Under the pieces are notes generated by a model, which had not been told where the DNA came from, searched no databases, and worked only from the letters and a program-made list of their open reading frames with translations. Made by a program: the position numbers and the translations under genes. A stretch of DNA of 64,000 bases from a virus. How positions within the stretch are numbered: position 1 is the stretch's first letter; each line of letters opens with the position of its first letter. The stretch spans positions 32,001 through 96,000 of IMG/VR virus record IMGVR_UViG_3300046787_000099, one strand, 5' to 3'. This document shows positions 29,128 through 39,063 of the stretch, piece by piece.

Positions 29128-30681
29128 TTAGAATTGAGGGATTTCTTCGATCAAGACTGTACGAGACAAGTCTTCAATGAACACATCACAACGATCCTTC
29201 ATCCAGATTTCGTATCCTGGGAATTTGTTCGCAGAACTCATACCTTGAGACTTAGCAAAGCCTAAGTGGTGACGAGTACCATCGATATAACCCCAAGTCA
29301 TTGAAGGAGCACCCTTCATACGTACCTCACGGATGTTATTAATCATAGAACCATCAGACATTGGAGAAACGTCAAACACCATGAATACTGGAGTTGATTT
29401 CTTGTTCTGTCCGAATTCTAAGTTAGTTTGAGGAAGGTCTAATTCTTTTAAGTGAATTAACTCAACACGACCAGTCTCACGAGTAACCATTGCATCGAAT
29501 GCAAAGTTGTAAGTGATGTGTTGTCCTTCTCCTTGCATGTAACGATTACCTGAATCAGCCATGAAAGTCAAACCTGAATTCAATGCATCGTTTTTCAAAG
29601 CTTGTTGGAACACGTCAAAACCAGCTTCGTTAGTGTACATTTTAACACGACGATCCTTAACATCCACACGACGATAGAATAAGTCACCAAATACTGAACG
29701 AATCAAGTTAGCAGTGAATTCTCCACGGTTGTATTGTACTAAGTTACCATTGTTACGCATACGGTGGTAAACACCAGCAGATGTACGCTTTAATTCTTGC
29801 TTAGAACCATTAGTCTTCACAGTACCAGGCTTAGCCCAGATCATACGCTTAACTTTCAATTCTAACATAGACTTACGCATCCAGAACTCAACAAATGGCT
29901 CCCACTTAACATCATTACGAGTTAAAGGTAACTGGTTGCGACGTTGTGGAGCATATACTAAGATATCTAATGGTGAGCCATCAGCATTAACCATCATCTT
30001 ATCATCAGCCCATTCAGTGATCTTGTGCTCATAACCATATGCAGAACCTAATGATTCAAACATTGTGATTTGCTCACCTAAACGAGGAAGACCTAATAAG
30101 TCTTGATCGAATTCACCAATAGCAGCATCAACTAATTCTAACTCAATACCAGTCTGTAAGAATACAGGTGATACGAAGTCTACAATTGGGTTATCACTGA
30201 TTAAAGTAACAGTGTATAAGTAACCTGCATTCCAAGGTTGTGGATCTTTAACCACATAGAAGCGAGGACCATACTGACGAGTACCTACAGAGATGATAGC
30301 ATTCTTAGAGAATTCGTTAGTATCTACAATGATTTGAAATTCTTGACCATCGATACCTGGTTTCTCTAATGCAAGAGTAGTATCAGGGATGTCAATAATT
30401 TTAGGGAATTTGTAAGGAACCTGTACTTGCCACTTCCATGCATCACTATTGTTGTCAATGTAGTAAGGTGTTGACTTGTTGATCATGTCCAAGAAGTCAT
30501 TGCTGTACAATGAGCTCTGAGTGTACAGAGAGATAATCTTCTTATCGTAGTCTGCTGGCTCAGTTGAGTGAAAGCTTTCCAAGTGGTTTGAATCAGTTAA
30601 CTTACCAACTGCACGCTTGTCCATAGACGCAACGCGAGCATAAGTAAAACCAGTTAAACCTGGGATTGTTTGAATTGCCAT
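29128..30681 (-). CDS. Major capsid protein
   Basis: 517 aa; strong codon bias; order portal-scaffold-MCP; C-terminal GYEIWMKDRCDVFIEDLSR resembles crAss-like MCPs. Confidence 0.85.
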   Translation of the reverse strand: MAIQTIPGLTGFTYARVASMDKRAVGKLTDSNHLESFHSTEPADYDKKIISLYTQSSLYSNDFLDMINKSTPYYIDNNSDAWKWQVQVPYKFPKIIDIPDTTLALEKPGIDGQEFQIIVDTNEFSKNAIISVGTRQYGPRFYVVKDPQPWNAGYLYTVTLISDNPIVDFVSPVFLQTGIELELVDAAIGEFDQDLLGLPRLGEQITMFESLGSAYGYEHKITEWADDKMMVNADGSPLDILVYAPQRRNQLPLTRNDVKWEPFVEFWMRKSMLELKVKRMIWAKPGTVKTNGSKQELKRTSAGVYHRMRNNGNLVQYNRGEFTANLIRSVFGDLFYRRVDVKDRRVKMYTNEAGFDVFQQALKNDALNSGLTFMADSGNRYMQGEGQHITYNFAFDAMVTRETGRVELIHLKELDLPQTNLEFGQNKKSTPVFMVFDVSPMSDGSMINNIREVRMKGAPSMTWGYIDGTRHHLGFAKSQGMSSANKFPGYEIWMKDRCDVFIEDLSRTVLIEEIPQF

Positions 30682-30717
30682 TTTTGTTTATGTTTAATTT
30701 ACTAATTTATTATTGTT

Positions 30718-31965
30718 TTATGCAAACCAAGATGAAGGACTAGTACCACCTTTAGATTTTACTGAGCTCTTGGATGCTTGTCTAGCAACTTCACCAAATA
30801 ACTCATTTGACTTCTTAGAGATTCCTGACTTCTGAATGGTTGATAATGTAGGATCTTTTTCAAGGATCTTCAATAGAAGACCAACCTTCACCTTTAACGC
30901 ATGGTTCTCAGGACGCTTTAAGTCAAGAATGGTACGATCAAAATCTGTTAATGTTTCTCCAGATGGTGTCTTCCACTTCTCAGCCAAAAGAAAATCTTGT
31001 AGTTCTGTAGCTAGTTTAGGGTTAAGAGGGATGCCATCAAACTCCTTGCTTTTAATCTTCTCTTGCAATACAGAATTAACATTTTGTTGATACTGTTGCT
31101 TGATTGCAGCTTGTTGTTGTAATTGAGCAGCTCTATCCTGTTCTAATTTCTGAAGCTTTGTAGCTTCTTTCTTTATTAACACTTTATGATGTTTAGTAGC
31201 AACGTTTTCTAAATCACCATAGTTCTTCAGTCTTTCAACCTCAGAGGTTATATCTTCAGGATCAAATCCTTGATCTTCTAAAGCTTGTTTAATCACTGCT
31301 ATCTGGTTTGATTCTTGAGATAAGTCCATCTCAGAGAAGTTCTCAATAGCATTATATGTGCTGAAATAGTCTTTAGGATTAACCCCATTAACAAAGATAG
31401 ATTGGAAAGCATTTTGGTAATCTTCACCAAACTGTCCAATGAAGTTGTTTACAACATCAATAGCACCTTTCTTCTTCTCTGCTTCGAAACGTTCTAAGAA
31501 CTCTTCTGGTGTAGAGATGGCAATATCTTCTTCATCTTCATCCTTAGTGAATACACCAAGTTTGAACAAGTCATTAGATAAAGCAGCAAATTGAGTTGCA
31601 GCAGGAGCTTCTTCCTCATCATCATCTGTTGCATCAGCTTTCGCAGCAGCAGCAACTGGAGCATCGTCCTCATCCTCCTCTGTATCATCGTCATATAAGA
31701 AGTCAGTGATAGATTTCTTATCATCTTCTTTCTTATCATCTGCAGGAGCATCATTCTCAGTTGAAGCAGCTTGTGCTTTCTTCTTAGATGGTGCTGGAGC
31801 AGCAGGCTCAGGATCTGGAGTATTGATATCTTGAATATCATCAGGGTTCACTGTAGATGTGTCAGGGCCTAATAAGTCACTTAGTAACTCTTGACTGCCC
31901 ATTCCTTCCATAGTACTCTGAATACTGAAGTTCCCAAAATCTGGGGTTTCTAAATTATCAGCCAT
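30718..31965 (-). CDS. Probable scaffolding protein
   Basis: Very acidic N-terminal half, coiled-coil C-terminal half; between portal and MCP. Confidence 0.6.
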   Translation of the reverse strand: MADNLETPDFGNFSIQSTMEGMGSQELLSDLLGPDTSTVNPDDIQDINTPDPEPAAPAPSKKKAQAASTENDAPADDKKEDDKKSITDFLYDDDTEEDEDDAPVAAAAKADATDDDEEEAPAATQFAALSNDLFKLGVFTKDEDEEDIAISTPEEFLERFEAEKKKGAIDVVNNFIGQFGEDYQNAFQSIFVNGVNPKDYFSTYNAIENFSEMDLSQESNQIAVIKQALEDQGFDPEDITSEVERLKNYGDLENVATKHHKVLIKKEATKLQKLEQDRAAQLQQQAAIKQQYQQNVNSVLQEKIKSKEFDGIPLNPKLATELQDFLLAEKWKTPSGETLTDFDRTILDLKRPENHALKVKVGLLLKILEKDPTLSTIQKSGISKKSNELFGEVARQASKSSVKSKGGTSPSSWFA

Positions 31966-31998
31966 ATGTAGTTAAACTTTTTGAATTGGTTTTCGATA

Positions 31999-32029
31999 TA
32001 AAAATATGTTGTATTAAATTAATAACAAA
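31999..32029 (-). promoter_or_regulatory. Bacteroidetes-type promoter for scaffold/MCP operon
   Basis: Minus strand TTTG (32026-32029), N19, TATTTTTA (31999-32006). Confidence 0.55.
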
Positions 32030-32106
32030 TAGATTAGAGCTTATAATGCTGATTATTGTTGATAATATAGCATTAATGAATTTTACTCTAACCTATTTGA
32101 TTAGAA

Positions 32107-34689
32107 TTACTTACTCTTTGAAGCTCTGTTCTTAGCATTCAACTTAGCAATCTCTAGATCATTGTCTTGATTTCTAAGCTCAGCATCTATCTTTCTGTTC
32201 TCTAAAGCCATCTTATCTGTATGAGCTTTATTATCTTTTTGAATCTCAGCTAATTTCAGTGCATAGTCAGATGCTGCTCTAGACTCTTCTGATTGCAGTT
32301 TGGAGATCTCCAATACATCAGGAACACCTGAAGCATCCACATCTGTCAAAGGACCAGCTTTAGCTTCTGCTGCAATAAGAGCAATCTCTTTCTTGTTGAT
32401 GCGGTCAAGCTCTGCTTGGTAGTCATCATGTGCAATCTTCTCAGCCTGCATCTGTTGTGCTTGTGCCATTTGAGCTTGAGCAATTTGTCCTTGCTGTTCA
32501 ATCTCTTGTTGCTTTTGTTGAGCAGCTTGATCTTGCATTTGCTCTTGACGATCTTTCAATGTCTTGAACACTTTCTTCATCTCTCTCATAGAGTTAGTTG
32601 AGTAAAGCTCAATAACATCGTGTAATGAACCACCATTCTGTAGAACAGCTTGAGATAAGCTACGAATCTCATTGAACATCTGCTTATCTTCTGGACGATT
32701 AGTCAAGAACACTTTAAGATCACGGAACTTAAGATCTGTTCCATTCACTTGTACAAATGCTGACTCACCATCATTAGTAATGTATGATAGGGTAGATTGT
32801 GGTTTAGCACTCTCTACATATAATGATGCATCAATGATTGCTTGGTACAATTGACCTAATACATACTCGTGTGCCACGAATAATGGCTCAGTTTGTGAGT
32901 AAGACTGACTAATAGCAGCATTTGTACCTGTAGCAGATTCAGAAGCTGACACAGAGCCTAAACGTTGCTTAGACATACCAATCAGTTCCCAACACTCTTG
33001 CTTCAACTGCATAGCTAAGTTGTAACGAGATTGAATCTCCTGTGTACGTGTAAGGTCAATATCACGGAATTGATTGAATGAGCTTGGAGACTTTAAGTTC
33101 TCTGGGCTATCATCAATGAACATAACCCCACGGTTACGAGCTTCCATTTCCCAAATGTCAAGAGCATCTTGTGCATCTCCATCCTTAGGAATAGGTATGT
33201 GTCTGATTGAAGTTAAGTACACCTTACCAACCTCTTTCTCTAATAGCTTGTATAATTGGTTCATACAAACGTTATAAAGAACCTGGAATGGTTTCATTAA
33301 ATCCACAAGAGACTTAGCCTCTGTGTTCTTAATCTCATGTACTAAACCAATGATAGGGCAATAGTTTAATAACTTGTAAGGTTTGATATGATAGATATCT
33401 GGTCCCACTTTGATTCCTTGATACCACTGGTTAATCCATCCCCACTCCAATGATTGCTGTGTAGGAATAGTTCCTGACTTATAGTTCTCATCTACAAGCA
33501 TTGATTGCTCATTGCCTACCTCATCTAAGTAGATAAGCTTACCAATCTTCTTCTTAGAGATCCAATAAGCTCTCACCACTACATACTTGTATCCAAATGA
33601 AGACACATTTGATGTAAGTCCTAAAAAGTCCTTCAATCCATCATTGTTCTCCTTCATCTCTGATTCAATGATCATACGTGTCTGTAATACAAGAGGATCG
33701 TATGTATCATATTGTACTGAGTCTGTACCAGGAATAGCATCAGGATTACCTAGATTAGATTCACGAACGTTAATCAAACCATAGTCTTGTAGAGATGAAC
33801 GTAAGTGATCAATCTCATCCTTTGTTAAATCAGGGATAGATTCAATAATCTCAGATAGTTCCATCACCTGTACAATACCAGCAGCATAAGCTCCTTGTGC
33901 ACGACCTGTAGGATCTGAGATATATTTACGGTCTGGTGTAGTTAAGAACCAAGTGTTCTTAGGGTTAGCCACCTCAACATTGAATCCTAGCTTAGAGTTA
34001 TCCTCATAAACATGATAGAACTCACGAGCAGAGATAAGCATATCACGGAATGCATCCTCACTCTTTTCTTTAATCACAAAGTCAGCCTTGTTAGCTGTCA
34101 ATACATGGTTAGCCCATTTCTCAGCAACAGATGTATAAGAATCAAGTTCATCCTTCACTTGCTCTAGAGTCATTTGCTGTAATTGCTCTTCATCTAATTC
34201 TTCACCAGCAATGGCAGCTTTTTCAAGGATTTGCTTCTTAGCTGTATTAATTACATACTCTTGAAGAATACCTGTCTTGTATTCTAACTCTTCAGCTTTA
34301 CTATCATCATCAAATGCCTTAACACGGAATGCATCAGGTCTCTTTGAAATCTCACCAACCAACTCATTAAGAGGAGTGGTGATGATTGAGTACATCTTCA
34401 CGTATGCAGGTAGAGCTAAGTCTGCTGTTAACATATCAGTGAAAGATCTCACCTCTGGCTCTTGGTAGAAATCCTCAGGACGAAGGATACCTTTTACTAA
34501 GTCATAGTTCTTAACAAATGTATCACGGTTCTTTACATACTCAGCATAAGCCTTGTTTGCAAAATAGTCCATGGTGTTTTTGATCCAACTCTCATCTTGC
34601 TTTTCCTTCTCAGTCTTGAACTGGTCAGGGAAGATGTTCAGATAAGCATACCTGATAGTCGCATCTTTTGTATATCTAATAATTGCCAT
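32107..34689 (-). CDS. Portal protein
   Basis: 860 aa directly after TerL; SLVDLMKPFQVLYN and IGMSKQRLG motifs; Q-rich coiled-coil C-terminus. Confidence 0.85.
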   Translation of the reverse strand: MAIIRYTKDATIRYAYLNIFPDQFKTEKEKQDESWIKNTMDYFANKAYAEYVKNRDTFVKNYDLVKGILRPEDFYQEPEVRSFTDMLTADLALPAYVKMYSIITTPLNELVGEISKRPDAFRVKAFDDDSKAEELEYKTGILQEYVINTAKKQILEKAAIAGEELDEEQLQQMTLEQVKDELDSYTSVAEKWANHVLTANKADFVIKEKSEDAFRDMLISAREFYHVYEDNSKLGFNVEVANPKNTWFLTTPDRKYISDPTGRAQGAYAAGIVQVMELSEIIESIPDLTKDEIDHLRSSLQDYGLINVRESNLGNPDAIPGTDSVQYDTYDPLVLQTRMIIESEMKENNDGLKDFLGLTSNVSSFGYKYVVVRAYWISKKKIGKLIYLDEVGNEQSMLVDENYKSGTIPTQQSLEWGWINQWYQGIKVGPDIYHIKPYKLLNYCPIIGLVHEIKNTEAKSLVDLMKPFQVLYNVCMNQLYKLLEKEVGKVYLTSIRHIPIPKDGDAQDALDIWEMEARNRGVMFIDDSPENLKSPSSFNQFRDIDLTRTQEIQSRYNLAMQLKQECWELIGMSKQRLGSVSASESATGTNAAISQSYSQTEPLFVAHEYVLGQLYQAIIDASLYVESAKPQSTLSYITNDGESAFVQVNGTDLKFRDLKVFLTNRPEDKQMFNEIRSLSQAVLQNGGSLHDVIELYSTNSMREMKKVFKTLKDRQEQMQDQAAQQKQQEIEQQGQIAQAQMAQAQQMQAEKIAHDDYQAELDRINKKEIALIAAEAKAGPLTDVDASGVPDVLEISKLQSEESRAASDYALKLAEIQKDNKAHTDKMALENRKIDAELRNQDNDLEIAKLNAKNRASKSK

Positions 34690-36722
34690 TATGTAAACAG
34701 TTTACGTTTATACTTGCCTCCACCAGAATTGAACAGACTGGAAGATTCTGTAAATAATTTATTGTTTTTGTTTCTTTTCTGCATTGACATCACCCTTGCA
34801 TCACCTGTGCCACCAATTCTTCCCATAATAGGATCCATCTTCATAGCCATAGCTATAGCAAGTTCTGCTGCAATGATACGGTCAAAGTTACCCTCCTCAT
34901 TATACTGTATCATTTCTTCTAACAATACAGGATCAAATATCTTTACCATCCCCTTGGTCTCAGAGATTATGTTACCATCATCATCTCTTTCTGTAACAAG
35001 AGTTTCCTCTGTATACTTCTTGAGACAGCCATGTAAGAAATCCCTAATCTTCTCTGAGGATCTATGTATACCATAGTCACGTCTCACGGTAGTATTAGGT
35101 ACAATCTCCTTCAACCAATCTGGTTGTCTCTCTAGATAGTGTGCATCATTCTTAGAGATCATGTAATCAATGAATGATATCTCATCATTCTCACACAATG
35201 TTCTAGCATTGTAATATTTGATAAGAAGTCGTGCTTGCTCCTCCCACGTTTCTTTCTTATCAGGACGTGCACAGTACGAAGCTACGAACATATCTTGATA
35301 TTTCTCGCCTGTTAACTGGTGCATCCTTTTATATATGTATACAGAACCTAGTGAACTTGAGTAGGATGACTTACCTTGGCGGTATGGATCGACTCCTGCT
35401 ACATATAGTCCATAAGGAGGTGTATCAATAGGAAACTCATATATCACTACAGGAGCATCCTTTAAATCTGAATTCTTAAGAGGGAAGTTGGAGATGGGCA
35501 GCTTGTCTGTGAACTCATGCTTAACACCTTCTCCATCATCATATAGCACGACTGGTATTCCTGTACGTTCTTGTTGTAAGAGTCTGGACTTTTGTCGTTT
35601 TGCTCCCTCTATGTCAAATATATTGGTGTCTTCATTCAAGAAGATATCATCCACTTCTTGTGGATAGTACATCTTCTCCTTTAGATAGGCAACCCTATCA
35701 CCTGCTTTCTTAAGCCTCTCTAAGTTATCGTTGGTTATTTTTGTGGCAAGCTCTTCATTGGATACTAACATCTTGATGTTATGAAGATCATCACCCTCTG
35801 GTTTGTTTAGATATGCACCAAGAGTTGAATCCTCTTTAGCCTCCATTCTAAACTTATGTGAAATGAACAAACCGTGTACACGTTGTTCATCTTTTGCATT
35901 GTTGTATTCTAAGAAATTGTAGTTACCTACATCAAACATCAAGGACTTAGCGTCCATGAATTTCTTCATATCCCCACCAGTTCCCGTAAGAATCGGTGCA
36001 CAACCCCAGCCAAAGGGTGTTGTGAAGCCTGGAACAGCAGCTTGGAAGCCTCGTAGGAAAGATCCCTTACCAATTTCATCTATAATTAGTCTTCTAGGCT
36101 TTGTACCTGCAATAGCCTCCTCATTATTACCTTCGTCAAGGTTACGTATTAATATCTGTGAGAAGGGGATACGTTGTCCACCTCTTGTCTTTACACCTAA
36201 TGTAACCTGGTTCTTCCAGTTATCCTCAACTCTCTGCCACTGCCATGCTTGTGGAAGGTGGTTAAGTCCTTTATCTATCTTGTCTGTAATCAGCTTTATA
36301 TCGGCTGCATTCAGACCAGCAATAATGTTCTGTGAGTTCTCATCAAATGTAGCACCATGTGACACATAAGAAGCCTCTAGAACAGACTTAGCAAAACGTC
36401 TGATTCCTAGAATAACTAATCCCTTACGTTCTTGTTGTGCTCTGTCAATCTCTGTTGACACCACCCATTCATTATCACGTAGAGATGGGTTAGCATACTT
36501 CTGGGCAATACGTCCATACTCATCAATAACGTCCACCTCTGTATGCCATGCATTGAGATGCCAATATAAGAAGGGATTAATGTATGTATCCCCCATCATA
36601 GCTCCATTCTTGCAGAGCTCTTCATGGAAGGCAAAGAAAGCATCATATTCCTCAGACTCTTTGTCTGGGAGACGCTTCTGGCACATCAACCAATCCTTAT
36701 AATCTATCTTAAGCAGTTCCAC
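34689..36722 (-). CDS. terL: Terminase large subunit
   Basis: Walker A variant GIRRFAKS, Walker B LIIDEIG, coupling motif TGTGG, RNase H-like VAGVDPY and NFDRIIA. Confidence 0.9.
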   Translation of the reverse strand: MELLKIDYKDWLMCQKRLPDKESEEYDAFFAFHEELCKNGAMMGDTYINPFLYWHLNAWHTEVDVIDEYGRIAQKYANPSLRDNEWVVSTEIDRAQQERKGLVILGIRRFAKSVLEASYVSHGATFDENSQNIIAGLNAADIKLITDKIDKGLNHLPQAWQWQRVEDNWKNQVTLGVKTRGGQRIPFSQILIRNLDEGNNEEAIAGTKPRRLIIDEIGKGSFLRGFQAAVPGFTTPFGWGCAPILTGTGGDMKKFMDAKSLMFDVGNYNFLEYNNAKDEQRVHGLFISHKFRMEAKEDSTLGAYLNKPEGDDLHNIKMLVSNEELATKITNDNLERLKKAGDRVAYLKEKMYYPQEVDDIFLNEDTNIFDIEGAKRQKSRLLQQERTGIPVVLYDDGEGVKHEFTDKLPISNFPLKNSDLKDAPVVIYEFPIDTPPYGLYVAGVDPYRQGKSSYSSSLGSVYIYKRMHQLTGEKYQDMFVASYCARPDKKETWEEQARLLIKYYNARTLCENDEISFIDYMISKNDAHYLERQPDWLKEIVPNTTVRRDYGIHRSSEKIRDFLHGCLKKYTEETLVTERDDDGNIISETKGMVKIFDPVLLEEMIQYNEEGNFDRIIAAELAIAMAMKMDPIMGRIGGTGDARVMSMQKRNKNNKLFTESSSLFNSGGGKYKRKLFT

Positions 36723-37047
36723 TACGTTCCTTTAAAAACTTATCAGCCTTGGATCCTAGAGATGTTCCACCTCTCACCTCAACTTTTGCCTCTTCTTTCT
36801 CTCTCAACTTATCTACCACCTCTAATAACGCAAGATAGTTCTTCATTGTCTCTTGAATGAACTTACCCTGAGCCTCAATAGATGCAATCACCATAGGTAA
36901 CATGCCTCCTTTAGCTGTAGGTTTCCATTCAATCCTGTCCTTTAGCTCATGCATTGGGTTAGCATCAACATATTGCTTCCATGAAGCTAATTGTTGCTCT
37001 GCCCATTCGAGCTCAGTGTTAATGTATGTAGTTTTCTTTAGTGCCAT
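36709..37047 (-). CDS. Conserved helical protein, terminase small subunit candidate
   Basis: 112 aa overlapping the TerL start; assignment is positional only. Confidence 0.45.
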   Translation of the reverse strand: MALKKTTYINTELEWAEQQLASWKQYVDANPMHELKDRIEWKPTAKGGMLPMVIASIEAQGKFIQETMKNYLALLEVVDKLREKEEAKVEVRGGTSLGSKADKFLKERSGTA

Positions 37048-37052
37048 AATAG

Positions 37053-37109
37053 CTTAGTCGTTTTACTTAGTCGGACTTAGTCGTTCACCGACCAAGTCAA
37101 CCGACCTAG
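37053..37109. repeat. Cluster of CTTAGTCG direct and inverted repeats
   Basis: CTTAGTCG at 37053, 37066 and 37076; inverted variants CGACCAAG at 37089 and CGACCTAG at 37102. Confidence 0.8.
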
Positions 37110-37387
37110 TTGTCTATATCCTCTTCATCCTCCTGCAATATAGTGTGAAGATTCATACCTTCTTTCACTATCTTATCTATCTCTGTATCATCAGGATGGG
37201 GAACGTCAAGGGTGAGCTGTGATTTGTACTTATTGAGAGCATATAGCATCTCTTTGTCTGTCATACCCCAAATGTCTTTGTAATCATCAAGGGCTGTGTC
37301 TAAATGTCTACCTAGATTGTAGCTAGGGAACGCTTCTTTGAGTTCTATTAGAACAGAAAGGATTTGTTCGTATGCTGTCGGTTTCAT
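37106..37387 (-). CDS. Hypothetical protein
   Basis: 93-aa ORF with overlapping start/stop. Confidence 0.7.
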   Translation of the reverse strand: MKPTAYEQILSVLIELKEAFPSYNLGRHLDTALDDYKDIWGMTDKEMLYALNKYKSQLTLDVPHPDDTEIDKIVKEGMNLHTILQEDEEDIDN

Positions 37388-37656
37388 AGCAATTGGTTTA
37401 AATCATCATCAGACAACTTGTTGGCCGTTATCTTAATATCTAATATATCCTCCTCATCATCCTCTAATGCATCTTCTACATTTGCTAATGCCTCCTCAGA
37501 CATGTACTCCTTTGTGAATGTAATTGTCATCCTATCATCTTCTGTCGGATCCTCAGGAGCTAACAAATCAATATAGTCCACACCCTTATTATATAGGTCT
37601 GTAAGAATCTCTATCAAATCGTCCAAAGGAACCTTCTTTATAATAGGTCTGTTCAT
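37384..37656 (-). CDS. Acidic hypothetical protein
   Basis: Probable start MNRPIIKK at 37656 (ATGA overlap). Confidence 0.65.
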   Translation of the reverse strand: MNRPIIKKVPLDDLIEILTDLYNKGVDYIDLLAPEDPTEDDRMTITFTKEYMSEEALANVEDALEDDEEDILDIKITANKLSDDDLNQLL

Positions 37657-37931
37657 AGCTTTCTCAATTCTTCGTTTTCTTCGTCTGTGACATGTGCCTT
37701 CCAGAAACTCTTCGGACACTCACACGACATACACTTAGTCTTTGCTGACAACGGACATCCACAATCTGTGCAATGCTCATCTATACGTATAGAAGCATGC
37801 TTGCTAGAATGATATGCACAATCTCTACAAATTTGTAGACGTTCCTGAGACACTATCTTGATTGTCTCCTTCATCTTGGCAGGTGGAACTAACTTGTTCC
37901 TCCAGCCCTCGTAAATCTCTGAGAAATTCAT
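37653..37931 (-). CDS. Cys-rich Zn-binding protein
   Basis: CRDC...CTDCGCPLSAKTKC..CECP...W. Confidence 0.7.
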   Translation of the reverse strand: MNFSEIYEGWRNKLVPPAKMKETIKIVSQERLQICRDCAYHSSKHASIRIDEHCTDCGCPLSAKTKCMSCECPKSFWKAHVTDEENEELRKL

Positions 37932-38268
37932 CGCTTATGTTTGGTTTAAGTAAAGCTATGTTGTCCACCATATCATTATATATAAGGGTGGCTTTTCTTA
38001 TTTGTTCTGCTGTTGCCTCTGGATGGTTGATGATTGAGAACATGTCATGCTTCTTAATCAAATACGTCTTTAATCTCCTGGCAGCTTTCTTCTCATTGAA
38101 CATGAATTTACCAAATCCACTGATTTCGACACTCTTATTGGTGTCCATGGCTTGGTTAGCAGAAATGAACTGATGATTAATAACAGCCTCAATAGTCTTC
38201 TCAGCAACTAACAGCTTACTAGCTATTGTCCTGATCAAAAACTCCTTATCTGTCATTGGTCTAGCCAT
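37825..38268 (-). CDS. HU/IHF-like DNA-binding protein
   Basis: LIRTIASKL...KSVEISGFGKF HU signature. Confidence 0.65.
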   Translation of the reverse strand: MARPMTDKEFLIRTIASKLLVAEKTIEAVINHQFISANQAMDTNKSVEISGFGKFMFNEKKAARRLKTYLIKKHDMFSIINHPEATAEQIRKATLIYNDMVDNIALLKPNISDEFLRDLRGLEEQVSSTCQDEGDNQDSVSGTSTNL

Positions 38269-38623
38269 TGTGTTCCATCTTTAATTCTAACGTAATGTTC
38301 TGGTCGAATGGAAGAAGGATCACTGGATTCACCTTTATCTTCGTTCCATCCTTCACAAACACTCCTATACGCTTTAATTTGCTTATGATGTTATTGATTG
38401 TAGGGGATGTGGAGTTGTACTTGTTGCAGAAATCCTCTCTAATGTTAGAATAAGAAATGTTTCCTCTTATGGCTGTGAATGCTACCAACTGTATCTCTCT
38501 CTGTGTGAGTTTGAGATCATTGATTGTTGACAACATTGAATAATACTTCTCTGCCATAGCATAATCATCCTCCACTTTACGTAAGAACTTCTGGACAATT
38601 ATCTTCTTGCTACTAGTTTCCAT
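38261..38623 (-). CDS. Winged-helix-like DNA-binding protein
   Basis: LTQREIQL...TINNIISKLKRIGVFVKDG..IKVNP pattern. Confidence 0.5.
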   Translation of the reverse strand: METSSKKIIVQKFLRKVEDDYAMAEKYYSMLSTINDLKLTQREIQLVAFTAIRGNISYSNIREDFCNKYNSTSPTINNIISKLKRIGVFVKDGTKIKVNPVILLPFDQNITLELKMEHNG

Positions 38624-38636
38624 ATTTAGTTTGTGG

Positions 38637-38667
38637 CAAATATATGTATAATGTTTGGAATATCAAT
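38637..38667 (-). promoter_or_regulatory. Bacteroidetes-type promoter heading the late operon
   Basis: TATATTTG (38637-38644, minus) 14 nt before the start; ATTG 19 nt upstream. Confidence 0.7.
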
Positions 38668-38692
38668 GTATGAGAAATATTCCAATGCTATA

Positions 38693-38842
38693 TTATGCAT
38701 TTATTTTTGTATATACAAGAGAAACAGAGAATAATAACAGATCAATAGTAAGTTCCCTAATGATATAGTTGGAAAGGTTTCTACTCTTAAACTTGAAACC
38801 TAAACCAAAACTCCTATATGTATTGAGTTGTAATAGTATCAT
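38693..38842 (-). CDS. 49-aa hypothetical protein (not in ORF track)
   Basis: MILLQLNTYRSFGLGFKFKSRNLSNYIIRELTIDLLLFSVSLVYTKINA*; promoter just upstream. Confidence 0.45.
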   Translation of the reverse strand: MILLQLNTYRSFGLGFKFKSRNLSNYIIRELTIDLLLFSVSLVYTKINA

Positions 38843-38881
38843 AACTGTTGGGTTTTAGTATGGCCCCCCCTTTATCCCCCC

Positions 38882-38914
38882 CAAAGATAACTAATAAATT
38901 TATTACTATCCAAA
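38882..38914 (-). promoter_or_regulatory. Bacteroidetes-type promoter
   Basis: Minus strand TTTG (38911-38914), N21, TATCTTTG (38882-38889). Confidence 0.65.
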
Positions 38915-39063
38915 TGTAGGGGTGGGGCTTGAATGAAATTTTTTTCTAAATAGGGGGGCCTGTTGTGTTAATGAGAGAGGAGACCACTTCCAACAGAGAC
39001 CCCTCCCATAACTTGGCAGGTTGGGGTAGTCCCCCTGCTTTAACATTTAAACAATCAAAAACA

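Noticed and set aside
38965-39063. Upstream extensions of several track ORFs (38965, 41000, 41949, 46784, 26045, 37719)
   Set aside because: The extensions cross hairpins or neighbouring genes; downstream ATGs with A-rich Bacteroidetes-type leaders fit better.
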